Source: Wallemia ichthyophaga EXF-994 (Eukaryota; Fungi; Basidiomycota). Taken from it: 32,000 nt of DNA. The stretch covers positions 420,001-452,000 of the forward strand of contig NW_008806277.1 of the NCBI RefSeq assembly GCF_000400465.1. Reading direction: 5' to 3'. Made by a program: the position numbers and the translations under genes. Each line of letters opens with the position of its first letter. The first letter of the stretch is position 1. The notes under the pieces were generated by a model. The model searched no databases. It saw only the letters and a list, made by a program, of their open reading frames with translations, and was not told the DNA's origin. This document shows positions 1 to 10,867 of the stretch, one piece after another.

Positions 1-1
1 T

Positions 2-520
2 CAGCGCGTAAACACGCAGTCGCAAACATCTGCACAGACATCACTGAGACCACAACCACCTAAGAGGACAACAACAGAGGTCGTAGAAACAACAGCGAAT
101 GGCTCAAGGATAGTGCCTGCGAAAAGAGGTCATCTCTCACCTGCTTCGTCGGTTAGCTCGGCGGGTAGCTCTATGGGGCGTGTCGCTAGAGCTGTCGCTG
201 CTGATAGCTGGATAGTCGATTCAAAGAAAAACAGTAGCTGGAAAGTGGAAGCTGGGGGTCCTGTAAGTCCCGTCAAAGGCGGTGGGGCCTCTGGAGGGAA
301 TAAATTTGCTAGTACGATAGCTAAAGACTCTCCATCATCAAGCCTTACATCTTTATCATCCAAGTCGTCATCTAATTCACTCCTCTCACCTAACTCAATA
401 CATAATGCCAATACTCCTAACTCAACTAAAAGTTCCAATCTTGGTAGAACTAATGCTTTGCGTAGCATTAGGAGACGTAGAAGTAGTCTCGGCGATACAG
501 AAGCAGGTGATAGGTTGTAG
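2..520 (+). CDS. C-terminal part of a Ser-rich low-complexity hypothetical protein (5' end outside window)
   Basis: The frame of the listed 113..520 ORF stays open back to base 2 (QRVNTQSQTSAQTSLRPQPPKRTTTEVVETTANGSRIVPAKRG...RRRRSSLGDTEAGDRL*). An AT-rich, 3'UTR-like gap follows, convergent with the next gene. No recognisable domain. Confidence 0.5.
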   Translation, partial: QRVNTQSQTSAQTSLRPQPPKRTTTEVVETTANGSRIVPAKRGHLSPASSVSSAGSSMGRVARAVAADSWIVDSKKNSSWKVEAGGPVSPVKGGGASGGNKFASTIAKDSPSSSLTSLSSKSSSNSLLSPNSIHNANTPNSTKSSNLGRTNALRSIRRRRSSLGDTEAGDRL

Positions 521-633
521 AAAACCATTTACTTTAGCTCAAGCTAAGTTATTTATCAGTATTGGATTACTATATCATTCATATTTCATTCTATAAGGCT
601 TACGATGTATGCAAATGGTATTATAGGTAAATT

Positions 634-1933
634 TTATAAAACATCTTCCATCCTCTCTGTGACTTCTTCGACTGGAGGCATGAGCACGGCTTGGATGGTT
701 GGTATGAGTTGTTGTCTCTGCCTCTCGAGGGCGAGACCATTGGCGAAGCGGATGAATGAAATAAGAGTGACATATGCATCATTCCCTGCGTTATGGTAGT
801 AGTCGCGTGTCTCAAATGCACCTTTCGGAGTGTCAACTTTGAGAATTTGGCTAAAGTCACTAAGTGAGACACCTTCGAGATTGTCGCCGATACATGTTAA
901 CAACCTGTTCGTATCCAAAACTTCGACCTGGAACTCTTCCTTTGATGATGACTCTGCTGGTATTGAGTAGTGCGTCGCGTTCGCGCTGTGTTTTCTTCCT
1001 TTCAGCTGGAACATCGTGTCTAGTGATAGCATGTCATTCTTCACGCCATGCATAACCATCACCACCTTCTCATTGGCAATGGGGGTGAGAAGCTGCTTCA
1101 AAAATACCCGCGTTTCTTGTAAATTCAGCTGCTGACTCTTCCCATGTCTGAAATTGAATCTATTATCAGTCACGTAATTGCCATTCTTGTAGCGGGTATG
1201 ATCAGTGATTATGATATGTCCAGGTGTGATGACTTGATTCTCATTCTCAAAGTGTAGCTGAGAATAGCCAATTTCAGTGATCACCATGTGGTCAAGCTCC
1301 CAGCTCTCAACATCGACCGCGACATAACGCACTTTGAGGAAGCCCTTCTTGCCGTCATCAAAATCAGATCTAACACGCTCAAAGTAATATGATGATAGGT
1401 CGTGAGTACTAATGTTATCATCTCCTCCACGTTTCTTGGATTTGCCTTGACGGTGAAATCTCCTCATATCGCGGGTTAGTTCAGATGGGATAGTGTACGT
1501 CGTAGGAGTTATATGCGAGTATTGCGATAAATCAACGTAAGATGCTGACGATGGCAGTGGTAAACAAGCTGGACTGAGCTCATTCTCTAAGCAGATTCTA
1601 TAGCGAAGGTATTCAATATGCCGGGAAGGGATCAAGAATCGCCTAGAGCCATCGCCAGACATTGCCAGTTTCAACTCAATCCCTGTCTCTTCGTTGTAAA
1701 GATACGAGCTTGGTTCAGATAAGCTCTTTAATGCCGTTTTGAGTAGGGTGCGTGCTTCCTCGTGCTTCACTCGCGGTGCCCACTATAAACCGTATCAGTG
1801 GCTTTCTTTGTTTGCGATTATACTAACACTGTAGAGTATATCTGAAGGCGATGTGAGCGGGACTAACAGATAGCTTTATTAATTATTCACCGCTTAATTT
1901 ATACAAGCCATGCTTTCCGATATCGATGCTCAT
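634..1933 (-). CDS. Gfd2/YDR514C-like (QIP-like) DEDDh 3'-5' exonuclease-fold protein; predicted exons 1933-1891, 1841-1828 (14-nt microexon), 1782-634
   Basis: Motifs VAVDVESWE (ExoI), MHGVKND (ExoII), YYHNAGNDAY (ExoIII H-x4-D), plus HIIITDH...NGNYVTDNRFNFRHGKS typical of this family. Introns 1890-1842 (GTGAAT..GCTCAC..CAG) and 1827-1783 (GTTAGT..CTGAT..TAG) give the in-frame N-terminus MSIDIGKHGLYKLSDILYSWAPRVKHEEAR. Confidence 0.8.
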
Positions 1934-2066
1934 GACATCCAAGCAACGAAGAAGATCAAAGAATTTGAACAAAATACGCGTTAAAATATATTAGCATAGA
2001 CTTTTACAACGTCTTGTACATCTTCTTTTTCAATTCCGTTCTCAATTTCATACTTTCACATGCGAC

Positions 2067-3162
2067 TTGATTTCAATAACAGTGAACCAACAGGCTGGGT
2101 TACAAATCTTAATGCCCCGTGTTTTACAGGGTTCAGAAAAAATCCCGGTTGATTGTGCAAACTTCATCCACATCGATCTCAGCAATGTCTTAACCGCAAA
2201 TAACGATAACGTCAACGAGAGCGAGAAAGTACATAAAAAACAAAAACAAAGGGAAGGCACAGAATAGCTGTGCTTCTTCTTCTCATTTCTCCAATAGTTT
2301 TTCTGATATATGGAATCATAATCCAATGATGCACCAATTGATGGTCCAATCAACAAAGTTATTAGTAGCCTCCCAAGAAAATGTACCAACGATGAACCCG
2401 AAGAGGATCATGACGTCACTTTCCTCGATGCTGAACAGTAAGAGCTACACGATCCTCAACAGAATGATAGTGACGCCTCTGATATTCCACGCATACACAG
2501 AAGTAAGCAAGTAGCTTATATTCTAGATGTACCTAACGCATCACAGAAAAAGTCGTATTATCGTAATTGGTGACGATGAAGATGATAATGGTGGCCAAAC
2601 ACAAACCATACCTGCTGCTAGTCCCAATGTTCCTCAAACTGTTAAAACTGAAGAACAACGCCCAGAATAGCATAACGAGAAGCCTCAGTCACAACCAGCC
2701 ATCGCTCGAGTGAAGCCAGAACCGGATACGAGTCTATCCTATCCTATCGGCCAACATACTACGACTAACTTTCTCGGCAGTCACTTGCCCTCCGTTAAGC
2801 CTGTGGTCAATGTCAGTACAAACGCATCTCCTAAGAAATCAAATGAGTCTAAAAGACGCAGCGATTGTCTCGCATTATTTATGTCTGATTAACGCTCATC
2901 CACTGCCCAACAGTGAAAACCAAACAGGCCTCAGTTTTCACAATCTAATCAGTCTCAGACGGAAACGCCATCGCGGTGGTTAGCTCTTCAAATGCACAGA
3001 TGGATTCTGGTCCATAACCATAGACACAGCAATAACGACCTCAGCATATTTGCATATATTATACGTCCCAACAGTATTTTAGACGCTCATAGCTATAGAC
3101 AGAACAGAAATCTTGTATATATGCGCTTCATAGCAGCAAGGCCGCTTTCAAGTAATCCATGA
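2067..3162 (+). pseudogene. Degenerate gene for a disordered acidic/Gln-rich protein with SIM-like and SUMO-consensus motifs
   Basis: Protein-like translation (DEPEEDHDVTFLDAEQ*ELHDPQQNDSD; SRIIVIGDDEDDNGGQTQ; VKTEEQRPE*HNEKPQ; VKPEPD) interrupted by in-frame stops at 2265, 2295, 2304, 2319, 2439, 2668, 2890, 2914 and one frame change near 2547-2551. Boundaries are approximate. Confidence 0.45.
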
Positions 3163-3254
3163 TAATTCTATGACTAAACAATGAATATTAAGTCAAGAAG
3201 TATTTCAAATTCTACGAGAAACTCGGCAAAAAATTTCACTGCTAAGATCTAGAT

Positions 3255-4391
3255 CTACAATTCGCTATTTAGTTCTAACATAATTGGTAAATGATCGGAA
3301 GCGTATATTTCATAACGAATATCGCAAGCTGATTGCACGTGATTAGTGAACCCCTATGTATAAAGCAATTCACTTACCAGCTACTTTATCGATAAGTCGC
3401 TCGTCAACGATAAAAGTATCAAGACGCCAACCTACGCCGGCACCTCTTCCGCCAATTTTCATTGAGTAAAATGTAAACTCGCCCTCTTCCTCCCATCCGT
3501 GCAGTTGACGCCAAGCATCAAAATGTTTCCTACGGTCATGGCTTAATTTCGCGTCGACAATGTCCTTCATCACGGTTTCATCGTTGAGAATTTTCTTCAA
3601 CGACCGCCGCTCGGGCAAAGTCGTTCCAGCACTAAGGCCCCATGTTCCTCCCCCAGAATGCATGTCGCGCGGAACCGGGGTGGTGCTATTTGCGCGTCAG
3701 AGGTGTACCTGAAATGACGCAAAGCACATACTTGAGATCACCTCCCCATATCACAGGTTTAGTTTCCTCGAGTTGAGTGATCCACTCGAATAACGCATCA
3801 TCCCATTGTTGCCTCAATCCCTTATCCTCCATCATGCCAGAATTTGGCACGTATGTTCCGATAAGAAATGATGATTCAAACTCGAGAGTTACAATTCGGC
3901 CTTTGGTTGAGGGAGGATCGGGATGCATCGGCAAAGTAAGCCACTTTTTGATCGGCTTAACTTTGGAGAGAATCGCGCACCCGGCATAACCCTTTTTTAG
4001 AGAATTGGACCAACTCTGATAAGGGAATTGAGCTCGCAGGAGTAGATTCCCGGGGGCCTCATGAGTCTGTTGACACGTCAGCACCAATGATTGAGATGAA
4101 CGATAAGACATCTACCTGCGTAGAACGTAAGCCTTGTGGCTTAGTGTTGTATTATACAAAACCAACTTTTGTTTCGCATAAAATGAGTATGTCAGGCTTC
4201 TCGGCCTTGATGTACCTATCAAAACCCTTAAAGATTCAGTTGAAAGCGCAAATTGAGTCGCACCTCACCTTCTTTAAGATGCTCTGGTACGAGACGATGT
4301 TCCACGCAACAATCTTGACTGATTGGGGATACAAACGATCTGGTATGCAAGGTTTCTGTGGTATAGAGCCATTTTTCGAGTGCTTAGACAT
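3255..4391 (-). CDS. Exonuclease III / APE1-type AP endonuclease (EEP superfamily), multi-exon
   Basis: Spliced translation contains KIVAWNI, DILILCETK, KKGYAGCAILSK, GRIVTLEF, TYVPNSG, VIWGGDLN, GWRLDTF and SDHLPI, i.e. all the catalytic motifs. Introns at 4268-4227, 4166-4067, 3731-3686 and a last intron starting at 3377 (GTAAGT). Stop TAG 3257-3255. Confidence 0.9.
4067..4166 (-). other. 100-nt intron composed of two abutting intron-like units (51 nt + 49 nt)
   Basis: Minus strand: GTTGGT...GCTTAC...CGCAG (4166-4116) is directly followed by GTAGAT...GCTGAC...CAACAG (4115-4067). The flanking exons join in frame as ETK|THEAP. Confidence 0.6.
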
Positions 4392-4703
4392 GACCGTTTT
4401 TGTTGAATAAGAACTGGCGCTACATGCTACAATAGCTTAAATTCTTATCGCGGCTTATCACTTAGCATCTGAGCTCGCTAAGCTTATATCGTGATCTGCA
4501 GTACGCTCGTTGCGTCATTCATGCAGCGACTCGCTTCGGCGAACTTTCTGAGGCAAGTTAGTGATATTGAGAGTATTAACAAGCTTAAACGAAAGCTGTC
4601 AAAGAAAAAATTCAACTCCGAGAGTCTTGCTTGACAGTATGTCAGTTATGACACTAATTATGTTCTTTCGCCGAAATGTAACTCTCTCACTCGAACAACA
4701 AGG

Positions 4704-5581
4704 ATGCCAATTCTGAAATCCACTCAACTCACTATAACCAAATCACATCAGCCCAAGCTACACTCAAACAGCAAAAGACTGAGGCTAAAGCGTCGATCGT
4801 CCTCGGAATCAATTCGCGCTGATTTAGACGTAGATTTGGACTTTGGGAGGCTAGTTAAAACACCTAAGGTTGATCATGATGGCGTTGATCCCTTCATCGA
4901 TATCACTCGCTTACGTATCCCTTCAACTCCTTTGGGCTGTCTTTCCCCAGGCGCTTCCTTCAAGGGTATTCAGCGTTCCGGCTGGCAAAGATACAACGTA
5001 AAGGTGGATATACAGGACGTTAGCATCACCAACTCTCAAGCTTCTGGCTACCTCTCTATAGACGGCCTTACTAGAAATCAGCCGACGATTACAACCTTCT
5101 TTACGGCTGAAATTATAGGCAATAAATACGGTTTCAGGACAAACAAGTACGATGCGTCTGCATCTGATGATCTAAAGCATTGGTCCAAATTCGACGCCTT
5201 CAAGCGCATCACCAAGAAAGATGACAACAGAATGACTTATGATCTCCTCAAAGATTTCACCCACACTAGAGCAATATTCATGAGATGGAAGGAGCACTTT
5301 TGTGTTCCTGACTCAGGTATTAAAGACATACCAGGTGCGAGCTTTGATGGTTTCTACTACGTATGCATCGATCTAGACTGCCCTCCATCCTCTTTATCTG
5401 GTAGACATCCATCAGTACCTGGATCAGGACCGCACTTATCAGGTTATTACTTCCGTGGGTACTTTATCCTCGAAAGTGGCTTATCTAACCACCTCCACCA
5501 GATCCACATTCCGAACCTTACCAGGAACTCAATCTACGTGAACTGCCCAAGACCACTTGTGACACGTTTGAATTTCGCTAG
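4704..5581 (+). CDS. GID4: Vacuolar import and degradation protein Vid24/GID4 (substrate receptor of GID/CTLH ligase)
   Basis: LSPGASFKGIQRS, YNVKVDIQDV, GYLSIDGLT..PTITTFFTAEII, DLKHWSKF, IFMRWKEHF, GASFDGFYY. Intron 5455-5501 (GTGGGT..CTAAC..CAG) gives the family-type C-terminus GYYFHPHSEPYQELNL...TFEFR*. Confidence 0.9.
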
Positions 5582-5670
5582 CTTCGCTTAAAACTCCTGC
5601 ATGTTTTCACCACATTTGCATTATTAGTTTTGTATAACAACCGGAATTATAAATTGTACCATTAAATAAT

Positions 5671-8600
5671 TTACATTAAAAACATCGATTGAAAGCTAAA
5701 CCAGACCTTCTGATAGAGATGAAGAGTGCTATCGTTGCATAAAACACCGTCGGTAGCCATTCCAGTTAACAGACTATCTGAATCATCACGTGTACGAACA
5801 GGCGCGTAGTAGAAACCTGCTGTCAATACTAGATAGCTCAATATGAGGATCGTGCCTCTGTAATAGTTGCTTCTACTTTCCGTGAGCATATACGTGAGTA
5901 AGAACACGGCGAATATGATAGCGATAGCGTCCCATCTTGGGAAGATCAAGACAAAAACATTTTGAGGAGGTGTGTTTGCATCTGAAGTCAAGGCCGAGAA
6001 TAAAACCATAGCTGGAATTTGTAATAAACATACTTGTAAAGCGTATGCCGAGGAGATTTCCATAGATAGCGCTATGTTTCCATTTAGAGCGAATGACATA
6101 GCGTTCATAAATTCTGTTGTATTAGGAACGAGTGCAAATAGAGATATACCGAGGAATTTCTCAGGTATGCTGCTACCTTCGAGAACGACATCTACCTCAT
6201 TGACCAAGATCTCCGCTATTGCAGCATATAATATTGTGCATGCAAGAAGAACGGTAGACGAGGTAGTTCTGCTCCATTCTGGCGCTTCGTGACCACCTTC
6301 ACCTTGACCATGACCACTATCGTGTCCCGTTTGAGTAGAAGGTGGCGCACCTCCAATTGATCCCTCTGGTACCGATTGTGTTAGGCTTGGTGGACGATCT
6401 GTTGGATTTTCTGCCACGATTGCTCTTGAAAAATCCTCGCCTGCCATACTAGGTGGCACCTGGACAAGCGTAGGCTGCGAGCCGCGCATTTGCACACTAT
6501 TGGAAGATGCTTGTGTTTGTAGTGGTGGTTGCTGTTTCTGCAATGTCGCCGTGGCTGGTCTTACAGGTGCTTGCTTCTTGGGTGTTGTTGGGTCGTTCGT
6601 CACTGGCAATCCACCCTTCTTAAAGAAAGAAGCGCGATGCTTTGGTTGCAAAGCTGCTGGATTGGGTTGGGCATTCTGTACACCCTCCATTTGATGCATC
6701 AGTTGCTGAGGGTTTTGCCAGATCTGCGATGCGTGCGTGCGGAGTGAGAACCATAGTCCAACCAAGTAGCTCTGTTAATGATGTTAGCTTAAAACTTCTA
6801 AAATAAGCCAATGTCAACTCACCAGAACAAGTACAGCTGCGCAGAAGTACATCAAATGCTTAACATTGTCTTGATAGAATGAATCGGTATGTGGATCAAC
6901 ATGCTGGTAGAAGCATCTTTTACAGCTCCATGGTGCGTCCAAAGGTACGTTCTTAGGACAACCCTTACACACTAGCTGAGTAATACCATAGGTCTGGTAG
7001 AACAGGGTTGGCGTCAACGTACCAATGATAGCCATGATCAGCATCGTTGAAGTAACACCGGCAGCTTTGGCATTGAACCTAAGCTCCTTTTTACGCAGTG
7101 CTCCCGCACACATAGAAGCGCCAGGCATGAGCAACACACCAGCCAGGACAGAACCGACAAGTGAACCTTCGACCAGACTAGACTTGGAGTCCATCAACGC
7201 GAATGAATAGATGAGTATCTCGATAAGTGAACCAAATGTAGCGTTGATCACACTACCGACACCTATACTTGATTGCGCAGATATAGACGCGACTGCCATA
7301 CCAATAAAGTAAGATAATGGGATGACAGATGATAGTGATAGAACGAAAAGTAGGGCTCTAGAAGTTATCAATGCCAATGGGCCTGATGTAATACCCTTCT
7401 TCTCAACGTAAGGTTGTAATAAGAAGGCATCCAGGATAACCAAAAACACCAATGGCAAGAGATTGACGAAGAAGATATTCACACCACCAACTGTAAACTT
7501 GTAATAACGAGTGCCACCTGCATTGTAAACACATAGTAATACCGTAGAGGTTTCTCCGTGCTTTGTAGGTGGTAATGATTGCCCAGCTTTAAGTTTTGGC
7601 ACTGTGAACTGATTAGCAGGTAGACTGCCATCATTCTCATCGTTATCGTTGGAAGGAGTAGGTACTAAAACCCTAGGTGCTGGTCTGAAACGAGTCTGCT
7701 TAGGTGATGCGTATAGGTATCCAATTAATTCGTAGAGAAGCTTTCCCATCGGGATTGGTATAACTGCAAAAAAACTAAGCAGGGATACTAGACAGAGTGG
7801 TGGTGCTAGCAACCCGATCAACAAAGTATAATAAGCGCGTTCTGCTATCTTGGATCTCTTTGGAGATGGTTTGTGTTGATTGATGTTCTCAAGGACGGCA
7901 CCGTAGCTCGTCTCACGTTGTGATCTTTGTAAAAGCGCACTGTACTCGTCGTTTTGTGAAGTGGATTGCTCGTTGTTATTGATTTCACCGTCTTCATGAT
8001 GTGATTGCGGATCACGTCCAGCGCCTTCAACGTATTTGCCTCCAAATGGCCAAGAAATATACCAGGCTAGATCGTAAAGCAGCGTTACCCAGAGACTGTC
8101 TTTTTTGGTCCACTCAAACAAAAAGAGAAAACCGGATGCCAAGTAGCACAGGAGAGAAAGCCACCAACCAGCTAAGAGAAACCAGGCTATGTTAGCCATT
8201 GTAAAGCTGCTTGGATGGGACGTTGGCTCAGAGTGTAGCGCATTATTTGCCGCTTCGGTTGCGCTCCTAGATTTCTTATAAAGAGCAGGTTTCCAGATTG
8301 GGAGACCGAATGGATGCTCGATGTTGATAGCCTGGGTGGTGTAAGAGAGAGTAAACAGTCTATACGCAACCCACATTCTGTCTCTCTTTCAAAGTCAGCT
8401 CATGCGCTGGAATATCCTCATCTGCATCGCTAGGCTGTCTGAGCTCCTCTGAAGAATTATCTTCGTCTTGGTGATGTACTGAGTGATGCCTAAGGGTAGA
8501 TTTTGACTGCTTTCGACGTGCTTGGGATTGCTTGTTTGGAGTGCGTGATGCTCTGCCATCCTCAAGGTCATTCGTGTCGTTGTTTTCACCCGCCATACTG

Positions 8601-8671
8601 GTGCTGTAGCTAGACTGCCTTGAATACCGCGGGGTGACTGAGGACGTTTTCCTATTTAGATGATCCCCCAT
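5671..8671 (-). CDS. VNX1: Vnx1/Cax1-like cation/H+ exchanger (CaCA family) with N-terminal YccF-like membrane domain
   Basis: ELTLKERQNAINIEHPFGLPIWKPALYKKSRS (after intron 8374-8332), alpha-1 repeat VINATFGSLIEI, alpha-2 repeat LVPNTTEFMNAMSFAL, KSNYYRG-like ESRSNYYRGTILILSY. Second intron 6822-6772. Confidence 0.9.
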
Positions 8672-8768
8672 ATCGCCGTTTTAGATAAAGGAGATAACGG
8701 ACAGCTGTCTAAAATTATAAATTAAAGCAAAAAATACATAAATCGGGCCAAAATTTAAGCTATTCAAG

Positions 8769-10035
8769 CTAGGCTATGTTCTTTTTGGCACCTCCTCTTC
8801 TCTTGGTTCCATTCTGTCTGCGCCTGGCTGCACAATCGTCACATAACCAATTACCGCTTGGAGCCTTGTCAAGACCGACGCAGGCGATGTGGAACCATTC
8901 TCTCTGGCACTGCTCATCATCGCATCCAATCATTTGGCCATACGATACGCCATTACAGTAGCAGTACCTGGCTTCATCCCCGTCATTTTCACCACCAGCC
9001 TGTCCATTGTCCATATCTTCGTACGAGGGTTCTTGAGCCAGTTCATTTGCATTCGTCGACTCTGCCATTCGAGAAGTATTGTACTGCTGCTGTTGAAAGG
9101 GCTGCTGTATGTAGTTTTGCTGGTAGATTGGCTGAGGTATCTGGGAGTACTGGTATGGTGACGGCGGTGGAGAATAGAGTGGTTGACCACCATTAGGACG
9201 TCTCTGCTGTGATGATTTTTCGATCTGTCTAACGGTTGTTGCCTTGTTAGCGTATATTTCTGATGGATTTGGTGAGTTGGTGATTGTTGATTCGTTTCTA
9301 TTGATGTATCAGCTATAATTCTCGGCGTGTGTGTTACCCACCTTCTTTGATTGATGGCTGTGCGTGGACCAGCTCCAGAGATAGTTGGCACTCTCCGAGC
9401 TTGGGCCTTAGTTGAGCCCTGCTGATTCATAGACGTGCTCAGAGGGCGCTTGCGAGATTCACCATTGTATATAGCAGGCCGAGGAGGCTGTAGAGCGCGC
9501 CGCCGACCGTTAATAGCATTAGGACTGAGACTGAGCATCGCACGAGCGAACAGCCTTTGTAAGTTAGTTCCAGAAGGAGGGAATAGAGGCGCAGGTGGAA
9601 ATAGACTTGGATCGTGTAGTAAGAAATGTAAGAGTACTTGGTCCATGTACCCGGTATGTGCTAACATAGTTTCACAGGTTGCAGTACCAATTTTTATCTT
9701 CTCCTCTTGATTTAGTTTAAATTGCTTTATCGTATCGCTTGCGTCTCTCAACGCTAAGAAACGTTCTTTAGGTGATAGAGAGTCCTCCTCAAGCGATGCA
9801 GACAATCTGTTCAAACGTGTGGTGATTTGATCTGCTGAATCTGTATAATCCCATATTAGCATGTTTAAAGTTGTTTGATACGCCTCTTACTCGATAAGTT
9901 GGCATCAGCTTCACGTAGCTCGTTGAAGTGCCGACTAAGTTCACGCGGAATAGAGTCTAGCGTGTCCAAATAGGCGTGCAGCAGGTTCAGTGAGTGTAGT
10001 TCATGAGGGGTTGTGCCTGCGCTCGTCGAGGCCAT
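8769..10035 (-). CDS. ING-family (Yng2/Pho23-like) chromatin protein with C-terminal PHD finger
   Basis: N-terminal ING helix HAYLDTLDSIPRELSRHFNELREAD and PHD finger RYCYCNGVSYGQMIGCDDEQCQREWFHIACVGL...WLCDDC. Introns at 9890-9841 and about 9340-9296 restore a single frame. The paralog cannot be assigned by eye. Confidence 0.9.
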
Positions 10036-10867
10036 TTTGATGGTTTCGGTCAAAGAGTTAATTTAGATGCTCGTGACGGATAAGCGGGGTAATTTGACTT
10101 ATCAGTTAAGAGAACTATAAGGGAGCTTAAATTCATTCAAATATACAGTACACTTGTATTACTCAATCTCCCAATGCGATATGTTTTGGAGTTTGAAGGC
10201 GATATGACTGCTAAAAGTCATTGTAGCACTATTATGTGTTATTTGATAGATTAGCTGCTTTACGCCCGCTACATGAACATTTGGAGATGTGACAGGTACA
10301 GACGAGTGGAACAACTGTAGAGAGAAATGACTTGCGAAGACTATAATGTACTGATAACCGATTATAAGATATTCTTTGAGGTACTTTAGTTACTGAATAC
10401 TAGCCCAATACTTTTGCGCCTAGAATGTTACCCTTGATTCAAGTGACTGGAAATGAGGTATATATCCAGCAGATTTAAATTGATTACTGTGCTAGATTTT
10501 AAACGCGTATCGCGGCTATTTCTCAAATTGATAACCCCACTCAAATCCAGTCTGATGAATCCAAACACCGCTAGACATATCGAATGGGCAAAATAAATTG
10601 AAATGTAATATAAAAGACCCCTTATTCCATGAAGCAAAACTTAAAACTCAATCCAAACGCAATTTTAAACTAGGCGTATGACGTGTGGTGAAAAACCAAC
10701 TGATGAAATCTATCAACCAAGGACAACTTTGAATCTTCAATATTACTTCTCCGTATTATTCTGCTCAACTCCGCGGCATTTCCGGCTGAAATTTCTCTTC
10801 TCCGCTTCAATGGATTTGAACTCCTCGGATCAGTTTCTTCCTACCAACCCTCAACACTGAAATCAAT

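Noticed and set aside
1-528. Minus-strand alternative gene (ORF 130..528 plus a possible intron 140-60 and a Cys-rich last exon GCGLSDVCADVCDCVFTR*)
   Set aside because: Splicing works on paper, but it leaves only about 105 bp of promoter behind the exonuclease stop and the intron is atypically long with no clear branch site. The plus frame is open from base 2 and has a convergent 3' gap. Not fully excluded.
2048-2514. ORFs 2048..2389 (-) and 2326..2514 (+) as real genes
   Set aside because: They are the antisense and shifted-frame shadows of the acidic pseudogene frame (Met-rich from GAT-G codons).
2265-2916. Alternative genetic code (TAA/TAG = Gln)
   Set aside because: Neighbouring conserved genes end at TAA/TAG exactly where the family C-termini are expected (GID4, APE, ING, SDR) and use CAA/CAG normally.
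10174-10596. Protein-like plus-strand frame with 5 internal TAG/TGA stops in the ING-ABM intergenic region
   Set aside because: Five stops in about 140 codons is not convincingly below chance for AT-rich DNA, other frames look equally plausible, and there is no recognisable motif.
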